Positions 22,196 through 24,000 of a DNA stretch of 24,000 nt are shown here, one piece after another. The stretch is taken from positions 976,814-1,000,813 of the forward strand of contig JACKAC010000001.1 of assembly GCA_020635255.1 (NCBI GenBank), read 5' to 3'. The stretch comes from Ignavibacteriales bacterium (GTDB lineage: Bacteria; Bacteroidota; Ignavibacteria; Tepidaquicellales; Tepidaquicellaceae). The stretch's first letter is position 1. Each line of letters begins with the position of its first letter. The notes under the pieces were generated by a model. It was not told the origin of the DNA. It saw only the letters and a program-made list of their open reading frames with translations, and did no database searches. Both the position numbers and the translations under genes were made by a program.

Positions 22196-23623
22196 ATGCT
22201 GGATAAAATAAAAAGCCTTTCAAAAGATACTCTCACATATGGTGTAAGCACCATGGTGAGCAGGTTTTTGAATTTTATCCTCGTACCCTTCTACACTAAC
22301 TTCATTTCCCCGGCAGAGTATGGTATTGTCGCGAACATATTCGCTTATATTGCGATACTGAACGTGCTATTCTCGATCGGCATGGAGTCGGGGTATTTTA
22401 AGTTCGCGTCCTCGCTCGAAGTAGGGAACAAGAAGCAGAATTTTTCTCACCCATTTATTGCGGTTTTTATTAATGCCCTTATATTATCCTCGGTAATATT
22501 TTTCTTTCCTGCGGTATTCGAACCGTTCTTCCAGACGGGGTATGATCATCTAATTCTGATAAAATATACCGCATTGATACTATTCTTCGATGCGATAGTA
22601 CTGGTTCCTTTTGCTTACTTGAGGCTGAACAATAAGGCTAAGATATTCGCTATGTTTAAGGTCATAAACGTGGTCATAAACGTCGCGATGAATCTTATCT
22701 TGATAATCGGTTTCAAAATGGGCATAGAAGCAATACTTATCAGTAATGTTATTGCATCATTCTGTACGGTGTTATTGCTTTTACCGGTTATTATAAAGAA
22801 CCTTGATTTCGAGTTCAACAGTGAGCTCTTTTCAGAATTACTGCGGTTCTCTCTTCCTTATATACCGGCGGGAATAAGTTCGAACATTATCCAGGTGATA
22901 GACAGACCTATATTATTGTATTTGACAGATGATAAAGTAACAGGTATTTATACGGCTAATTATAAGCTGGGAATAATAATGATGCTTTTTGTTACGATAT
23001 TCGATTTTGCGTGGAGACCTTTCTTTTTGAACCACGCGAAAGATCCCGACGCGAAGAAAATATTTTCAAAGGTGATGACATTGTTTATAGCCGTAGGAAG
23101 CATGATATGCCTGGCGACGTCGGTCTTTTTGCCAGAGATAATAAAGATATTCGGGCAGGATTTCAGATCGGGCTATTATATAATCCCGGTAGTACTATTG
23201 GCATATTTATTCAATGGTATCTATGTAAACCTGATGCCGGGGATATACTTCGAGAAAAAGACAAAGTATCTTCCGCTTATCACGGGTATAGCGGCGGGAT
23301 TGAACGTGGGAGTGAATTTTCTTTTGATACCGGTTATGGGAATGATGGGGGCGGCATTGGCTACGCTGGTGAGCTATATGAGCATGGCAATAGGGTTATA
23401 TATAGTTGTGCAGAAATTTTACAAAATCGATTATGAATACGGCAAGATTATGTTTTTGCTTATTTCATTATTTGCCAGCTTCGGGCTGTTTTTATTTCTC
23501 GAGAGCGTAATGGGTGTACACTGGTATGTGGGTGTGATAGGGGTGATTGTCTTTACTACACTTGTCTTTGTCTTCAGGGTATTTGATATAAGGATGGCAG
23601 GAAGACTTCTTTCAGGTAAATAA
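22196..23623 (+). CDS. Oligosaccharide/polysaccharide flippase (MOP superfamily, Wzx/RfbX-like)
   Basis: 475 aa with about 12-14 TM segments. The N-terminus SLSKDTLTYGVSTMVSRFLNFILVPFYTNFISPAEYG is typical of polysaccharide biosynthesis (Wzx-type) proteins. Confidence 0.8.
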   Translation: MLDKIKSLSKDTLTYGVSTMVSRFLNFILVPFYTNFISPAEYGIVANIFAYIAILNVLFSIGMESGYFKFASSLEVGNKKQNFSHPFIAVFINALILSSVIFFFPAVFEPFFQTGYDHLILIKYTALILFFDAIVLVPFAYLRLNNKAKIFAMFKVINVVINVAMNLILIIGFKMGIEAILISNVIASFCTVLLLLPVIIKNLDFEFNSELFSELLRFSLPYIPAGISSNIIQVIDRPILLYLTDDKVTGIYTANYKLGIIMMLFVTIFDFAWRPFFLNHAKDPDAKKIFSKVMTLFIAVGSMICLATSVFLPEIIKIFGQDFRSGYYIIPVVLLAYLFNGIYVNLMPGIYFEKKTKYLPLITGIAAGLNVGVNFLLIPVMGMMGAALATLVSYMSMAIGLYIVVQKFYKIDYEYGKIMFLLISLFASFGLFLFLESVMGVHWYVGVIGVIVFTTLVFVFRVFDIRMAGRLLSGK

Positions 23624-23655
23624 ATTTTTCCTTGACAATCCTATATAATTATGCC

Positions 23656-24000
23656 ATATTAATATATGGATAAACTCACAGATAAGCAAAGCAAGATATT
23701 GGATTTTATCAGGGAATATACCCTGGATAATCCGTATCCGCCTACATTTCAGGAAATTGCGCAGAAATTCAAAATAACTATCGGTACAGTGCAGGATCAT
23801 ATATCAGCACTGCAAAGAAAGGGCTATATCGAAAGGATACCTGACGTAGCCAGGGGATTTAAGGTGGTTGGTGATGATGCGGCTGATGTACCTCAGGAAG
23901 ATTATATGATCCCAGTATACGGAAATGTTGCAGCCGGTGAGCCGATATTTGCCGACGATAATATACAGGGGTATATCGCTTTGGAAAAGAATATCCGTGG
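23656..24000 (+). CDS. lexA: LexA repressor (N-terminal wHTH domain and start of the S24 peptidase domain); truncated by the window end
   Basis: Own translation from ATG 23656: MDKLTDKQSKILDFIREYTLDNPYPPTFQEIAQKFKITIGTVQDHISALQRKGYIERIP...IPVYGNVAAGEPIFADDNIQGYI. The wHTH domain plus the VAAG(EP) self-cleavage site region are diagnostic of LexA. It is not in the ORF track because no stop falls in the window. Confidence 0.9.

Noticed and set aside
23644-23659. Inverted repeat CCATAT-N4-ATATGG overlapping the lexA start codon, as a possible SOS box
   Set aside because: It does not match the LexA operator types I know (CTGT-N8-ACAG, GAAC-N4-GTTC), it is AT-rich and short, and only one instance is visible. 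The nearby GAACATGTG...CATATGTTC at 5420-5450 has the wrong spacing for a Cheo box. It would need a genome-wide motif search upstream of recA, uvrA and lexA.
23011-23800. ORFs 23011-23436 (+) and 23612-23800 (-)
   Set aside because: The first is an alternative frame inside the well-supported flippase gene. The second is antisense to the lexA start region. Neither has protein-like composition.

Overview
The window has a chromosomal backbone of roughly 45-52% G+C (hand spot counts). Most genes lack Shine-Dalgarno motifs, which suggests an FCB-group-like bacterium, but this is inference only.

Housekeeping genes:
- a fused E2-like/E1 2-oxoglutarate dehydrogenase (kgd type)
- an apparent membrane-protein, selD, selU operon (selenouridine trait)
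- a transketolase C-terminal-half protein
- an HtrA protease
- an M23 peptidase plus bactofilin pair
- a GlcD-like FAD oxidase, a YbgC-type thioesterase, a VOC protein and nadC
- four tandem paralogous small secreted proteins
- a Wzx-like flippase and the 5' part of lexA

The left third looks accessory:
- a partial class-3 lipase
- a strongly AT-rich two-gene cassette with a 4-bp ATGA overlap, encoding a nucleotidyltransferase-like protein and a DUF262 protein
- a stand-alone cas6 with no other cas gene in the window
- a gene-free tract of about 1 kb that holds five perfectly identical 69-bp tandem units, bracketed by hairpin-containing direct repeats

Other signals read directly from the sequence:
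- Mosaic GC-rich hairpin repeat modules fill several intergenic regions.
- A roughly 400-bp repeat mosaic appears to have split an ancestral selD-selU junction, leaving a 23-bp relic of the selU 5' end.
- Silent-site purine/pyrimidine skew flips polarity inside the kgd ORF.

The best candidates for an undescribed system are the cas6 plus monotonous 69-bp array locus and the adjacent NTase-like/DUF262 cassette. Both functional readings are hypotheses.
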